Assembly (NCBI RefSeq): GCF_964355755.1
Contig: NC_092676.1
Location: forward strand, 9,463,888-9,527,887
Source: Antedon mediterranea
Lineage: Eukaryota > Animalia > Echinodermata
Reading direction: 5' to 3'
Length of the DNA: 64,000 nucleotides
In this document: positions 26,403 through 40,254 of the stretch, piece by piece
Position numbering within the stretch: position 1 is the stretch's first letter
How the letters are laid out: each line of letters opens with the position of its first letter
Program-made: the position numbers and the translations under genes
The notes under the pieces: model-generated
Told to the model about the DNA's origin: nothing
Databases searched by the model: none
The model's input: the letters and a program-made list of their open reading frames with translations, nothing else

Positions 26403-28070
26403 TAGTAGAGTAGAACTAATGAAAAAAGGGGCCAAACTAAAAAAAAATTGCAATAAAAGGTTTTTCAACGGATTTTGGTAGTATTGGGTGTACTAAATAA
26501 CAGAAAAAAAGTCTCAAGAATTTCGACCACCGGAAAGTGTTTTTTTTCAAGATGGCCGCCAAAATAGATAAAAAGTTAAAATGTCCATACCTCCTAAATT
26601 ACTTGGTCTATTGATATGATTTTGGTACCAAAATATTTTTGGAATATGACATGTGTGCCGATATTTTCACTCAACCGCATCAGAAACTTTAAACTATCGA
26701 GGAGTTTGGACTGAAGGACATGTCTATTCTTTTTGGAGCCAAGTCACTGGATTCCCTGAATAGCTACAGATGAAAGCTGTTTAATAAAAAAGTTGTTCAC
26801 GGTAAATAATTTATCAAACCTAGCCTCAACAACTCAACTCATCTGCTACAGAATGTCACAGTCAAATCATGCAATGGCTATAGAAAGATAATACCATGGA
26901 TGCTACCAAGTGGGGATGGAAAGTTTGTAATAAAACATTTGTGCCAATAATGACGATGGAAACTGCTGCTCCAGAAGAACTTTGAAAATCATCCGTTGTA
27001 ACTACTGGATATATGTTGCAGTTGTAGACGCTATGGATTGGCATGTACTTCAGTTTGTGGAGTGTGTCAACTAGAAGAATGGGACAACGTAGATAGAAAG
27101 ATTGATGACGATGATGAAGACGAAGTTGGAACAGTTGTTTAAGATGCCGTACTAAATACATGCACAATATCTAATCAATTGCTGTTATACCGTAATTAGA
27201 AATTTTAAAAGTTATTATTATATTTGTTTTACTTTTCGGTTTTTTATTTACTATTATTATTAAGATTGTATACAGTATGTTCTGAACAATTTGAACTTGA
27301 ACTCATATTCTGAAAGTCTTTATAAATATTACAGTTATTTGATTCCCAGGAAAGCTCTCTATTTCATAAGTAGACCATTATACGAAATAAAAATAATTAT
27401 ATTCTGAACAAATTGAGCCATAAATGGTGTATCTCAGTCAGTCATTATCGAAATATAGCATATCAAGGTCAATGGTCAAACATGTCGTTTCTGGTCATTT
27501 TTTGTCAATGTATCATTAGAGTAAATATAAATAAGTATATTCTCGGTATTTAGAGCCCAATTTTAAATCTCTAGCACACATAGTTGCCGAGATATGGAAA
27601 TTCTACATAGATAAATTTAAAGGTCAATAGCCTTTACTTCCAACCATTTTTTGACAAACTGTCTCATTACAATAAATGTAAATATGTACATTCTGAACAA
27701 TTTGGGCCATCATTTGTTTCCCTACGGTCAGTTGTTACCAAGATATAACTTATCAAGGTCAAAGGTCAAATTGTCAGAAATGGTATTTCCAGTCATTTTT
27801 GGCCAAAATGTTCTATTATAGCGAATATAAATATGTATGTTCTGAGTATATTGGTACCAAAATTATATCAATAGACCAAGTAGTTTAGGAGGTATGGACA
27901 TTTTAACTTTTTATCTATTTTGGCGGCCATCTTGAAAAAAAAAACACTTTCCGGTGGTCGAAATTCTTGAGACTTTTTTTCTGTTATTTAGTACACCTAA
28001 TACTACCAAAATCCGTTGAAAAACCTTTTGTTGCAATTTTTTGAGGTGAAACCTTATTTCTACTCTACTA
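26403..28070 (+). mobile_element. Academ-type DNA transposon, copy 2
   Basis: Same as 12240-13907 at offset +14163. Confidence 0.75.
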
Positions 28071-28878
28071 TTCTAGTAAGTTGGGTCTACGTCACTCGAA
28101 GATAGACGAAGTACTGATGTAGTGTAGAGTTGACATGATTGAAACTAAAGCTTTGTATACACTATCAAACTTTATGTGACAAAAAAAATGTGATGTGCCC
28201 ATATATGGACATGATGATGTCATATCACTACCATATTTGGACATATCACTACAATACTAGTTTGATATTGTAGACAGAGTTTTAAATGTCATGGTCTCTA
28301 AATGTTTTTTTTTTTCTGATTGTTTTACTTTCCAAAATTCTCCCGGGAATTTTGTAAGAGTTACAAGTTGTGGGAATCTCGGTTAAATATCTTTAATAGA
28401 GTTCTTGCTTTGATATACGTATCATCACATGGAATTCGTTACCTTACCACATTGTTTGAAGCCCAACGCATCACATATAAAAAATATGAGAGAGCATATA
28501 CGAGTAATACACTTTGCCTCCTTATTTCACTTAAAGGTAATATTAAATAGGCATACATTATAAAACAGGGCTAATTATGTCACATGCGTTTGTAGGTCTA
28601 AAAACATGCAACCGCAACAGCTTATTGGAGGGAAGGGGAAACCGTGATTAATCAGTTTGTCGTTTGTCAGACTATCTATGAGTCATGCAACTAGATAGTG
28701 AAATCAATTAGGATTTCCTTTAGCAAAAATACTAATTATATTTTACAGCAATAGAGTAATATAAAAAGCTGGGACAACAAATGGTGTTTTATAGTCTGCC
28801 GTGGTAATGCTTCTGCGTCTCATCCACGACAAGTGTGTACGTACTGAAAAATAGGCCTAACGTAATATTGGAAAAAAG

Positions 28879-31800
28879 ATGGAAATTAAAGATAAAGCTT
28901 CAAGCAACACACCAGCCGTCAATACGGTAAAGGTTCGATCGTGTGCGGCAGACACATGTAAAGGATTTCTGTATGTGTTTAACTTTTTATTTGGGGTGAG
29001 TACAATAATTAGGTCTAGAGCATGGATAATTAAACATAGTAAAGAGAGGACATCATATCACCTTCTCGCGAATCGAGGGTGGTAATGCTACACAATCAGC
29101 CTCAATTCAAAGAGGAAATGAACATAAAAGAGGCAATGTTTTCAACTCTTATCTCCATTCTCAGACGCCTCAACAGTAGGTCTAAAACCTATATTCAAAA
29201 GAATTTCAAGGGGGAATGTAACAGTTATGGCCAACCTATTTTAAATGGGACACTTAGTTGGGTCACCAAAATGTCCCCTAAATGAATAGATTCTACAGTA
29301 GGCCCAGTCCAATCCGATAAGTGAACGTTTTAAAATGTTCTATAACACTAAAACAATACATTTTAATTTCTAAGCTTTCAGGCATAGGCGCTGTGATAAT
29401 TGCTGCTAGGGTGTTACGTCATACACTCAGTCTAGATCTTGCCCTTATCATAGATACTCAATTGTATAGACTTGGAGCAGTCATCATTGTTCTTGCTGGC
29501 TGCACAGTCACTGCCACTGCTTTCATTGGAAGTTTAGGGGTCAAAGAAGAAAACAAATGCTTCATTATTGCCGTAAGTTCACACGTGCTTAACTAAAATA
29601 TCAAAAGTGGCTCGGTGAGGTTGGGTATCACGCACCGCAAAACAACTTGATTTATTTTGGATAAGATACACATATGCATATTATATGCTTTAGGCCCGAG
29701 AGGAATGGTGAATTTAACCAGAACCGCTTTCAAACAGTGTGTGTTGCGCATTGATAACGACGTTTAGGTTATGCTATACATTAACATCATACATTCATAT
29801 TATTGTATATTCAATTCAATTCTATAAACTTTATTGTCAAATTCATGAAACTTGTATAACACTTTTATTAACTGTTGCACTACACTAACCACACCATAAC
29901 CTAACCTCAAAAGAATATTCAATTTAAAGTAAGTCTAGTAATTCCTAATACCACTGAACCAAACAGAAAACCGACAACTTATTTATCTATGTCAGGTCCA
30001 AGTGTTCCCAATATGTCCTAATTTATGCCATGAGAACATTTGTCTTTACGTATTTTTTTTACAGTACATCGTAATGTTAATTGTGGTCTTCGGCATGGTG
30101 TTTATAGCTGGTGTATTTTCAATTGCAATTTACACACGGGTAAGTTTGTCTTACTTCAGTTTACAGGCCTAACATTGTAAATAACTATAGAGCAACGTAC
30201 CAGAAACCACACTAAAAAAAGAATGTAAATGTCTACATTTACAGTTAAAACAACTACAGGATATTACAAATGGTTAAAAATCAAAATCAAATCAATATTC
30301 ATTTGCTTAACCTCCAAACAAGTACATAGCAATGGGAATTAATAAAAGAATAAGAAGTTATCTCCATAAAAATGGTTCTTCAATCTTCGATTAAATGATA
30401 AAGTTCAGGACAAAACAATCAATAAAATAATATCCTGATTATGATCAATATCGTATCTCTTAAAGATTGCTTCTCAAGATTTCAAACTTCATATTAATTT
30501 GTTATCTGAGTAAACTATTGTGCATTGTTTTATATAGATCTGGCATTAAATCATGACCACCAAAAAACAATCTATATATAACTAGTCTTTTCATAATGTA
30601 TAATTCTTAGATTCTGTAATTTTAATTTTGAATTTTAATCATTTTTAATCGTTTTAATAGTATTTTAAGATTGATCCATGGCGTTTTTGCACAATTTGAT
30701 TTTTCAATATTATTTTATATTGGCCTATGTATTGTAATATTGCATTATATCATTTTTTTTTTCAAATTTGATATATATTATTTTTTTATTCATTGAGTGT
30801 CCTTATTGCCAAGCAAAATTAGTTTCCAATTGAATTCGACCAATAACATTTCTTGAATGTTGAATCTTAAATGTCTAGTCGATTCTTTTCAATGTCGATT
30901 CTGCAACTGGTGTCACAACGTTAACTACTTAATTGCATCTTTATAAACATTTTTTTTTAAACGTGCACACATTTGTTTATACTCTACTCTATACTTGTAA
31001 CATTCTTTTTCTCTCCTAATAGTAGGCCTATAGGCGTGTTGTGGTGCTTATTTAAGGCAAATCCTTCAAATTGTGATAACATTCTAAAAGGGTTGCCCAC
31101 AATTTGGTCAGGTGAAAGCGGCCATTTTGGGTTTCAAAATGACCGAAAACAATCCACACTAAACATGGTCACCCATGGTCATTGGAAAGATAAATTAATA
31201 CTCATCATTTTATTCCATTATACCCATTTACAAAAAGTCATAGTTACACAGTTATTTAGCAATAAAAAAAAGTCACGTGACCAATACAAGTCCTAAGGTA
31301 AACAACTAATTTGACCAAATACCATACTGTTTGATATCGTTGGATAGCTTTAAAAAAAAGTCTGAATACAGTTTTAACAATATCTGTCCAACTTCATTTG
31401 TCATTTGTCATAATTGTTAAATTAAATTATAAATGCATTATAGGTCATAAGTAGGTTTATAAAAAATGTTTTATTCTTTAGGAAACTTTTAAAATACTTA
31501 CCGTAAATCGTCTAATATAGAAACCCACACTCTAATAGTAACCCCCCCCCCCCCCTCCCCTTCTAATAGTAACCCACCTTATAAGTTAATCTATAATAAT
31601 AACCCACTACTCTAATAGTAACCCACTATTAGAGTAAAAAAAAACTTATGATGCAGACGTATTTTGAAAATAATGAGATAATTCATGTTGATCTCGCTCG
31701 GCGGGAGTGGGGAAGGATTGAGTATTTTTGAGTTTATAATATAAAGTTACAGTTCAACCAAATTTGTTTATTCGTACTGTTTTATTATTTTGCTATGAGT

Positions 31801-34800
31801 TGCTGACCGGAAAAGTTTGGGGTGGGTTACTATTTTCAGGTGCCTTATTCAAGATTAGTAATAGTAACCCACTAATCTAATAGTAAACCCTTCTAATAGT
31901 AATCCACCCTAAAAACAATCAAAGAATAATAACCCAGCGTTACAATTAGAAGATTTACGGTATTAGACCACTCACAGCTTAATAATCATAGGGTGTTATT
32001 GGAAAAAGAGTACAGTATGAACATACCATAACAGTCCACTGCTTTACCTTACAGGAATTTTATTGTTATTATTTTCCATCAAAATATGAAAATATGATAC
32101 AGAAATGTAAAATCACTATTGTATCATTGCAGCAAATTAAATTCTGAATCTGTTTCAACATTGTACATTAGCCGTAACATTTTCCTTTTTAAAAAATAAT
32201 ATACCATAAAATCGCGACAAAGAAGCCTCCTATAATTAAATTTGAAAAGAAGCACATCTCAAATGGAAGCCCCCTTTGAAATCAAGCCCACTGAGTTTCT
32301 TCAAGATAGTATGGGCTTCTTATCAAAGGGGCATTTTGATCAATACTTAAAACATTTGGTATCTCGAAGCCAACCGGAAGAAGAAGCGCATTGATTTCTT
32401 TAAAGAGGTTTAACGGTATGGCATAAATGTACTGTTCAAAATCATGTGTATTATGCTTAAGTTTGTCAAACTGGGTACAAAAATGTCTATTAAAAATCTT
32501 AATGTGAATTTTGGTCTAATTACGAATTACTGACACGCATTTGCTTTTTGATTTCGAAACTACAAAATACTGTGCAAAATATTCAGGATGACCTAATAAT
32601 CCTTCCATAGATGAAAGTTGCCATTGGCCTTAAGTCATATTTTATTAGACCTACAGTAAACTTTGAACAATTTTTAAAGGGTTCCCAACAAAATCAATTT
32701 TTATCGAATTAACCCAAAATCATATTGCCATAGAGATCAGTTTTTAGTCACTTTACCATTCTCTATCTGTTGACATAAAAAAAAGAAAAGGTGAAGAAGG
32801 TTTTTACCGTCTAACATCTCTTTATTATTTTGATTTTAGTTATTACAATACAAATTATGTGATAGTAGAATAATTAATCAAACTATACACTTGTCACAGA
32901 TGTTGGTGCATTAATATCTAAAACTTTAAATTTTGGAACGTGAAACATGTCAAACTAAACTCTGAAGTGAGCAACAATTTAAAATTATAATTTAATTTGA
33001 TTGATTCACGTTATGTGTATCAATAACAACAATAATAATAGCCACAATCAAAGGCAGAAACCATGTTAGAAACAACATAGTCACCAAACATGAATACGTA
33101 AAGATGCGGTAAGCAAAAATATATCAAGCAGGTAAATGCACAACGAAAACCGGGTAAATGCTGATATCACTGTTATATCCTAACAAGTTACAACCAGTTG
33201 AATGAAGTGTCAAATCAATCTACTGTGTAACTATGACTTTTTGTATATAGGTGCCATGTAATGGAATAAAATGATAGGTGATTCTCTTTCCAATGACACC
33301 ATGGATGCCTATGTTTGGGCAATCCTTCCATTCTATATTTTTGATACATCAACTAATAACTGTGCCAAGATTCAGAATGCTATCATAATAATTTTCGGGA
33401 TTGGTTCCTTTAAAAATTCTCTATAACACTCTTTAGACATATATGTTTTTGTTTTCATTAGTCGGAAAATGAGTTAGAGTTTCAGATGTTGAATACACTG
33501 AAGAGAGAATTTGGGCCCGGAGGAAACGAGGATGCACAGGATCCAATTACAGCTGCCTGGAACAATCTTCAAGATACAGTAAGCATGTTGGAAAATATAT
33601 TGAACTAGTAGTTGTTAACAGTGATATCTCTAACATGTTAAATCTTGCCAGTAGGCCGATACATACACTACGATTTAAGTGTTTCTTTTCTACTTCTGAT
33701 GCCGTTCCGTGATTTCAGTAGAAGTAATATGAAATACAGACTTTAATAAGAGCAACAATAGCCTGCAAAGAGATGCATCACAAACACTGATCCAAGAGTA
33801 TACGCATATTTTCACTCCCATTAACATTCTTAGTATCCCAATCGAGGAAAACCAGAAGGCAGATCATTAATAAAGCCTACACTATAATAGATTTTTTTCC
33901 TGTTTTTTGTTTTCTTATTATTATTATTTACATCTACTTGTTAAGTAAACTTTCAATATTATACCAAATGAAATATAAAGGAAATTCTTTCTCATCTTCG
34001 TAGCATAACTGTTGTGGCGTTAAAACAAACAGTACTAACGGTATTATATTCCGTTCTTCAAATTGGTATCGAGAACAGCCGATTGTTAAACGAGTTAAGG
34101 TTCCAGCAACGTGCTGTATGAAGAACGATGACGCAATAGTGGATCTGAAAAGTTGTCAGGGTAATTTTGGTGGATTTGAACATGTTTATTTCAATGTAAG
34201 AATATGCTTTTTACAAAATATGTATCAAACTTTTGCTATTCTCAAAATTGCCTAAAACGACTTGAGTAATTTATGTGCATTATAATGTTTGTTATTTCAC
34301 GAAAGTTTTTGCTGCAAAAATTCGACAATGTGGTTTTCATAAGTATATAATTTCATAGGCAAACACTGTATATTATATACATTTACATACATTGCACACA
34401 CAAATGTCCAAAAACAATAATTATAAATATTTTGTATTTGCAAGTTTGTAATTAATAAATTAATACACTTAAATAATGATTTCGCTTATAAAATAATAAA
34501 TAACATAATATAATATAATTTTCTGTTTCTTCACATGCTTTAATTACCCCAATCTGAAGTTTCTAATCTATTAACACAGTATTTTGTTGTAGGGCTGTTA
34601 TGATCCGGCCTTACGGCAGATTTCATTTTTTTGTTCATTAGTTTCTGGATCTGTCGTTGGAATTACTGGTATGCAGGTAAGAATTAAAATATTAAACGTA
34701 AAAACTTACACACTTACATTACTTTTGTAATATAGGATTTATTTCGCATAAATTCGATATTGTTGTTATTTAATTCCACACATGTTAGACGTACAGTTTC

Positions 34801-35189
34801 ATTTCGTATCTAGCGACAATAAGCAGCATGCACTTTTTAGATGACTTGCGACATCCAATTACAACCTGTCTAAGTGAGAGATGCAGAAGTGTTCTTAGAG
34901 TCTCTTGACACTATAAATAGCTACGGTTGTGTTTTTCGCCAGCAGATACGATACCGCATACTCTTTATTGTCACTATACACGATACCGCCAAACGAGAAT
35001 TAATTTTGATGATTTTAATCCTATAAAAAGTACAAGAAATATTGGAATTATCACAAATATTACAATTACATTTACAATAGTATCCGGTGATTTATTAAAC
35101 GTGTTTAGTACAGATAATTATATTATGCTCCTTTTATATTTCAGTTATTTGCTCTTTTATTTTCGTTCTTCGTTATGCGTCAAATGTAA
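28879..35189 (+). CDS. Tetraspanin A, copy 3, complete. Exons 28879-28995, 29375-29572, 30065-30139, 33462-33578, 34004-34195, 34593-34676, 35145-35189
   Basis: Same exons as copy 2. The only coding differences I noticed are two adjacent synonymous changes in exon 6 (tcg cta vs tca tta, both Ser-Leu). Confidence 0.92.
31501..31960. mobile_element. Same pogo-like MITE, copy 3
   Basis: As for 17338-17795. Confidence 0.7.
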
Positions 35190-35613
35190 AGGGTCGTCTT
35201 TAAAGGAAGTTCACCAACGAACATTTTGTAAAAAGGTTAACATAAATCAAGGTTCTTTTTATAACAATATGTTGTTTTTAACTATGGTTTTCGTATTTGT
35301 TATGAACAATAATAACTTTAAATACATCAAATGGAGTAATGACAGAACCTAACATAGACCTAACAGTAAGCAGGAGGAAAACTATTATGAATGATTCGAA
35401 AATATTTAATTTGTGGCAAAAGATGGAGTATTATTACTATAAGAGAACATCCGAATGGGTTTGAATCATAGGTAGCATAGTGCCAGTATTGACATGTCAA
35501 ATCACCTCCACTTCACACACACTTCAATGCAGCTTCATGATACCAATGCAAGACAGTACTTTTAAAAAATACACTGCAGGCTTTATCATCGAAAATACTG
35601 TTGTATTCTGTTA

Positions 35614-35740
35614 AGCTCTGTCTACACGATCAAACTTTATTTGACAAAAAATGTGCCCACATATGGACATGGTGATGTCATATCACTACCATATTTGGAC
35701 ACATTTTTGTCACATAAAGATTTATGGTGTAGAAAGAGCG
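35614..35740. mobile_element. PIF/Harbinger-like MITE, intact; its truncated left part forms the duplication junction at 7201-7238 and 21364-21401
   Basis: TTA|AGCTCTGTCTACAC...GTGTAGAAAGAGCG|TTA. Confidence 0.7.
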
Positions 35741-35844
35741 TTACACTACTGTATGGACCAATAATCTGGACCAATTTAACAAGTTATATTAAACATTTGA
35801 AGGAATAAGTTATATATTATATAAATATTTAAAGACATTTATTT

Positions 35845-36060
35845 TATTTTTAGTGTATGTCTTTAGGCACATGCAGCCATAGATTGCCAATAGCAAATAC
35901 ATCACTGTCCTATCAGGTGGTATCTGATACAGGGGCTATTTTGTGAACCAGTTCACCATGATGAACTGGGTCATTTAAAATGCACACGGGTTATAACTGT
36001 GAACACTAGGAGGCCTAATGGTATAGTCCTTATTCGAGAATATTTGTTCCACCACCATAA
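35845..36060 (-). mobile_element. Partial inverted copy of the same SINE
   Basis: Reverse complement of GGTGAACTGGTTCACAAAATAGCCCCTGTATCAG...GATAGGACAGTGAT...GCCTAAAGACATA and of the TAAGGACTATA core. Confidence 0.65.
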
Positions 36061-36826
36061 CTGGTATGTGATTATGAACTTTTTATAGAAATGTGTGCTA
36101 TATAAATTTTAATATTAGTTGGCATGCTTAAACTATATAAACGATAATTTTCTTTGACTGTTGCATACAATGGCCCTACAATGAACTAACCACTCTTTTA
36201 TATCTCGTCTTATTTAAACATATCCAAAAATATGTAAATTAAGTCACTGTGCGTCATGCAAAAGACCACACGTCACAACATATTCATGACTAACTTAGTC
36301 TACTGTTTTTTTACTCTTTTTTTTATCTTGTGTGGGTTCGTCACACTTTTATTATAGTTCTATAAATATAATAATATATGTATATATGCACATTTATATA
36401 TTTCTCTTATTTATAAGGTACATTGTTAAAAAAATACATATCTTTTGAACAGTATATACATACATATACATGTTTTTTTACTTTAATAAAAGTCTAACTA
36501 TGCTTTATATTTAAACTTCAATTAGTAATTGTAATCCGTCAAAGAGATATTATACTCGAAATTTCATTATTCCATATTCTATACAAAAACCAAGCTTCCG
36601 AGTAATATAAAAGAAATAAAACATTTTGCTGCCTAATTTAAGAAAGATTTAAAGAAATACCTTTTACTTAAATAATTAAACATTTAATGTTTATTATATA
36701 TTATTACTGAGGCTTCATTATTAAATGGTCTTATTTATTTTGTAACCATGTTAAAGGGCCAACTGAGACAAGTTTACTTTTAGGTTGGTTGTCATTGTTA
36801 TGCTCTGTATTACTGAGGCTTCATTA

Positions 36827-37906
36827 GGGTGTCACGAAATCTAAGCTAAGACCCCCTAAGACCTAAGATCACAAAAGCTAAGACCCAAGACCTAAGATTA
36901 CAAATTCTAAGATATCCTACAGCTTAAAAACAATACTTGTTTATCCATACATAATTTTAAACACAGTAGCTTTCATTTATTACCATAAATATAATTAAAT
37001 ACTACCGCAAAACATAGATAAACTCACATTATTTTCGCCTGTTGAGTAAATGTATATTTTTTTCTTTACAACAAACAAACTTGACGGGTTGTTTGTTGGT
37101 ATATATTTACTCCATTGTGTTGGTTCAGAGGATGTTTTTCTTACGCACCTGCCTTTCTTGTATTTTGACTCCAAATTTGTTGACTAACTTTATCTTTATA
37201 TGAGTACCACACTTTAAAATTAGGATTTATAAGTACTTTTAGACGGAGAAACACATAAAAACAAATAAATAAATCCTTTAAATTGATGATTTTACAGACA
37301 TGTTTCTTTGTATACTGTAACTACTCGAGCTCCCTCATGCTCAATGTTTTTGTTTCTATGGAGCGCCAAAAGAGCAACAATAATAGTACAAGTATAAAAA
37401 CAGAAAGAAAACGAAACAAATCATGATTTTTAAATTAAAATTTATTTGCCAGTATTTATTTCTTCGTACTTGCATGATTATACTATTATCATTACAATTT
37501 TAATTTTACATTGTTCCATCCACACTGTAGATGGACTCCACAGAATTTTCAGCCCTCTATATAATTTTTGCTCTTTTGACGTTCCATAGAAACAAAAACA
37601 TTGAACATGGTAAGCCTACTGCTAACTGTACTGTAGGCTAGTCATGCGAAATTTGCAAACAGTTTGTGTGCGAGAAAAACGTCTGTAAAATCTTCAATTT
37701 AAAAATGTATTTGTTACTTTTTATGTGATTCTTTTTTATAAAAGTGCCAATTCTAAGGTGTGGTATTCAGAATAAATGTTGGGAGTTAAAATACAAAGGC
37801 AGGTGCGAAAGATAAATAGTTGTAATCTTAGGTCTTGGGTCTTAGCTTTCGTGATCTTAGGTCTTAGGGGGTCTTAGCTTTCGTGGTCTTAGGTTTCGTG
37901 ACACCC
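36827..37906. mobile_element. Mutator/MULE-like foldback non-autonomous element
   Basis: TIR GGGTGTCACGAAA...TTTCGTGACACCC with CTAAGACC subrepeats, a perfect 10-bp TSD GGCTTCATTA (36817-36826 / 37907-37916), and internal inverted arms at about 37140-37385 / 37560-37810. Confidence 0.8.
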
Positions 37907-38467
37907 GGCTTCATTATTATCACATGGTCTTATTTATTTTGTAACCATGTTAAAGGGCCAACTGAGACGAGTTTACTTTTAGGTTGGTCGTCATTCTTAT
38001 GCTCTATATTATTTGTATGGTATTTGATGAAATAAAATGTTTGTTGAATTTGAATTTAATTCTATGGATATGAAGTCCAAAATAAAGAGAAAAGAAATGA
38101 AAGAACTATACACTATTATTCAATTAAGTGTCAAGTCAAAGGTAATTAGTGTATTATTGCAAACAATGTTATTATTGTTGTAATACAATAAATAAAATGT
38201 AATGATACTACATTTTTTATTTATTTAGTCATTGCCTTATTATTAAAAATTAAACAACGAAGTTAATGTTATTTAATGTAATTTTTATTTTCAAGCTTGT
38301 ACTATTTTTGTGCCATGTTGGACACTGTTATCCCCAGTTGTCAATAAAGAATAATAATAATAAATAAATATGGCCTATATTATATATGACGTGCTATTAT
38401 TGTTATATTTTTACATACAAAATACCCCACTAAGTTTGTATTTCCGAAGTACACCGGGAGACTATAT

Positions 38468-38954
38468 CCTATTAACACACATACATACCTATATATATAG
38501 GTGATAGGGAAAATCAATTCACGTTTTTTTATACTTGGATGTTATGATGATTAAAATTAGTCGAGGCTTACTTTAATAACTATTTCTCATTGAATAGTTG
38601 ATCAATCGAGTCGATAACAATGACATCATCATGCCAGAATCCAAAATGGCGTCCAATTTGGCGGGAAAAACTACAGTTTTGAAAAATTCCTTTTGAAAAA
38701 ATGTACGAATACTATCTATACTACTATTAAAATTAAATGTATACACAAATCCAAACGCGATTGTATTTTATTATACCTCCCAACATTAGAAAAATAGGTT
38801 GCAAATAATGCCGACTCAAATACGCACTTCAGATGGAAAGGAACATTCACAGTAAGCCTCTACTAATTTTAATCATTAAAACACAACTGCAAGTAGCAAA
38901 AACCGTTAATTGGTTTTCCCTATCCCCTATATAGTATTTGTGTGTGTTAATAGG
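38468..38954. mobile_element. MITE with ~60-bp imperfect TIRs
   Basis: CCTATTAACACAC...TATAGGTGATAGGGAAAATCAATT vs AATTGGTTTTCCCTATCCCCTATA...GTGTGTTAATAGG. Confidence 0.6.
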
Positions 38955-39289
38955 CATTTGTGTGTGTTATATAGCCTAAAATTTAAAAGTGCCTAAAAAA
39001 CTTTTCCCCAAAACCCTGGGATGTGGTTTTTTTTTCTGACATTCTATATGGTATACTCTATCAGAAAAAGCAATTGTTCTATACTTTTCCCCCGCAAATG
39101 TGTATATTAATTGTTCTGCACCCAGGCTATAACTGTGGATCAAAGGAAACCTACCGGTAGTATTTCACGGTTCAGCGCACAACACAATGAATACCACCAG
39201 TTAGCCAACTGCGTTAAACTGTTTTCATTTGCTACAGTTTTTTTAAATTTGAATATCCATGATTTTGATAAGTATGATATAATGCCAAG

Positions 39290-39439
39290 TAAAGCCGGTT
39301 TTCCACTAGGCGAATTTGTTTTATGCATGCGTATTTATATTTTCATCTACTTTTCGTGACTGAACAAATGCGCAAAAAAATCTAAACTCAGAATGTTCGA
39401 TTACCGTGAATATATTCGCTTAGTGGAAAACAGGCTTTA
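39290..39439. mobile_element. Short Harbinger-like MITE
   Basis: TAAAGCCGGTTTTCCACTAGGCGAAT...ATTCGCTTAGTGGAAAACAGGCTTTA inverted ends. Confidence 0.65.
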
Positions 39440-40254
39440 CAAGATATTGATTGTTCGATTCGATTCAAATCAAGTTAGGAAATAACACTCATCACTTTAT
39501 ATACGAAAGCGTAGGCATACCACGCGATTAAGTCATCAAGTTTTCTCTCTAACAAATTTACATAAAACTATATCTCCGTTCTATTTCAAATATAATAGTT
39601 ATGTTGCATGTTATGTAACTAATACATACATCTTCTTTATAAATATAGGCATATAACTATTTTATCTCAGTTATTTGTATTATGTATTATCTTCACATAA
39701 TCAGAAAAAAACAATAGATTTATAAAGTAATTGAATCAGATGCCGTACACATACAGCGATCAGTAACAAAAAATTTCATCTTTATAAGAAAAGCGAAACG
39801 CGTTGTTACACATTATGAAAATAAAAAATTATAACGGATCTCATATCATACCAAAATAAGAAATGAATTTTTAACGGTTATCTTATTGTCTAAAATATGG
39901 GTAGGCATAAATGTCTATACACAGGATATGTTAAATTAAATCTTGGTTTTATTACTTAGTTTACAAAATGGTAATATGACTCACAAAAGTTTTGTCGGAT
40001 TTCCTTCAATAAATTCATTATTAAAGTTTCCTTTTAATTGAGAGTTAATGTAATCCATCTCATTTATCATTAGTTATTCAGAGGAGGCATACAGACATTA
40101 TGTACAACATAAGGAAATAATGAAGACTAGGGTTAAATGCTTTGTCTAAATGCTTGTAGACACGTCAGAGTTAAACTATATTAGAGAGGAAGTATCAGTG
40201 TATTAGTCAGAGGTAGGAGACAGTCGTTTCAGTTTAGGAAAAGCAGTCATCAAC

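Larger units (their letters stand above)
1379..35650. repeat. Tandem segmental duplication array, period about 14,163 bp, about 2.4 units visible
   Basis: Identical ORFs recur at +14163 (6596/20759, 14716/28879, 16810/30973). Homology ends inside a MITE at about 35650. Confidence 0.97.
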
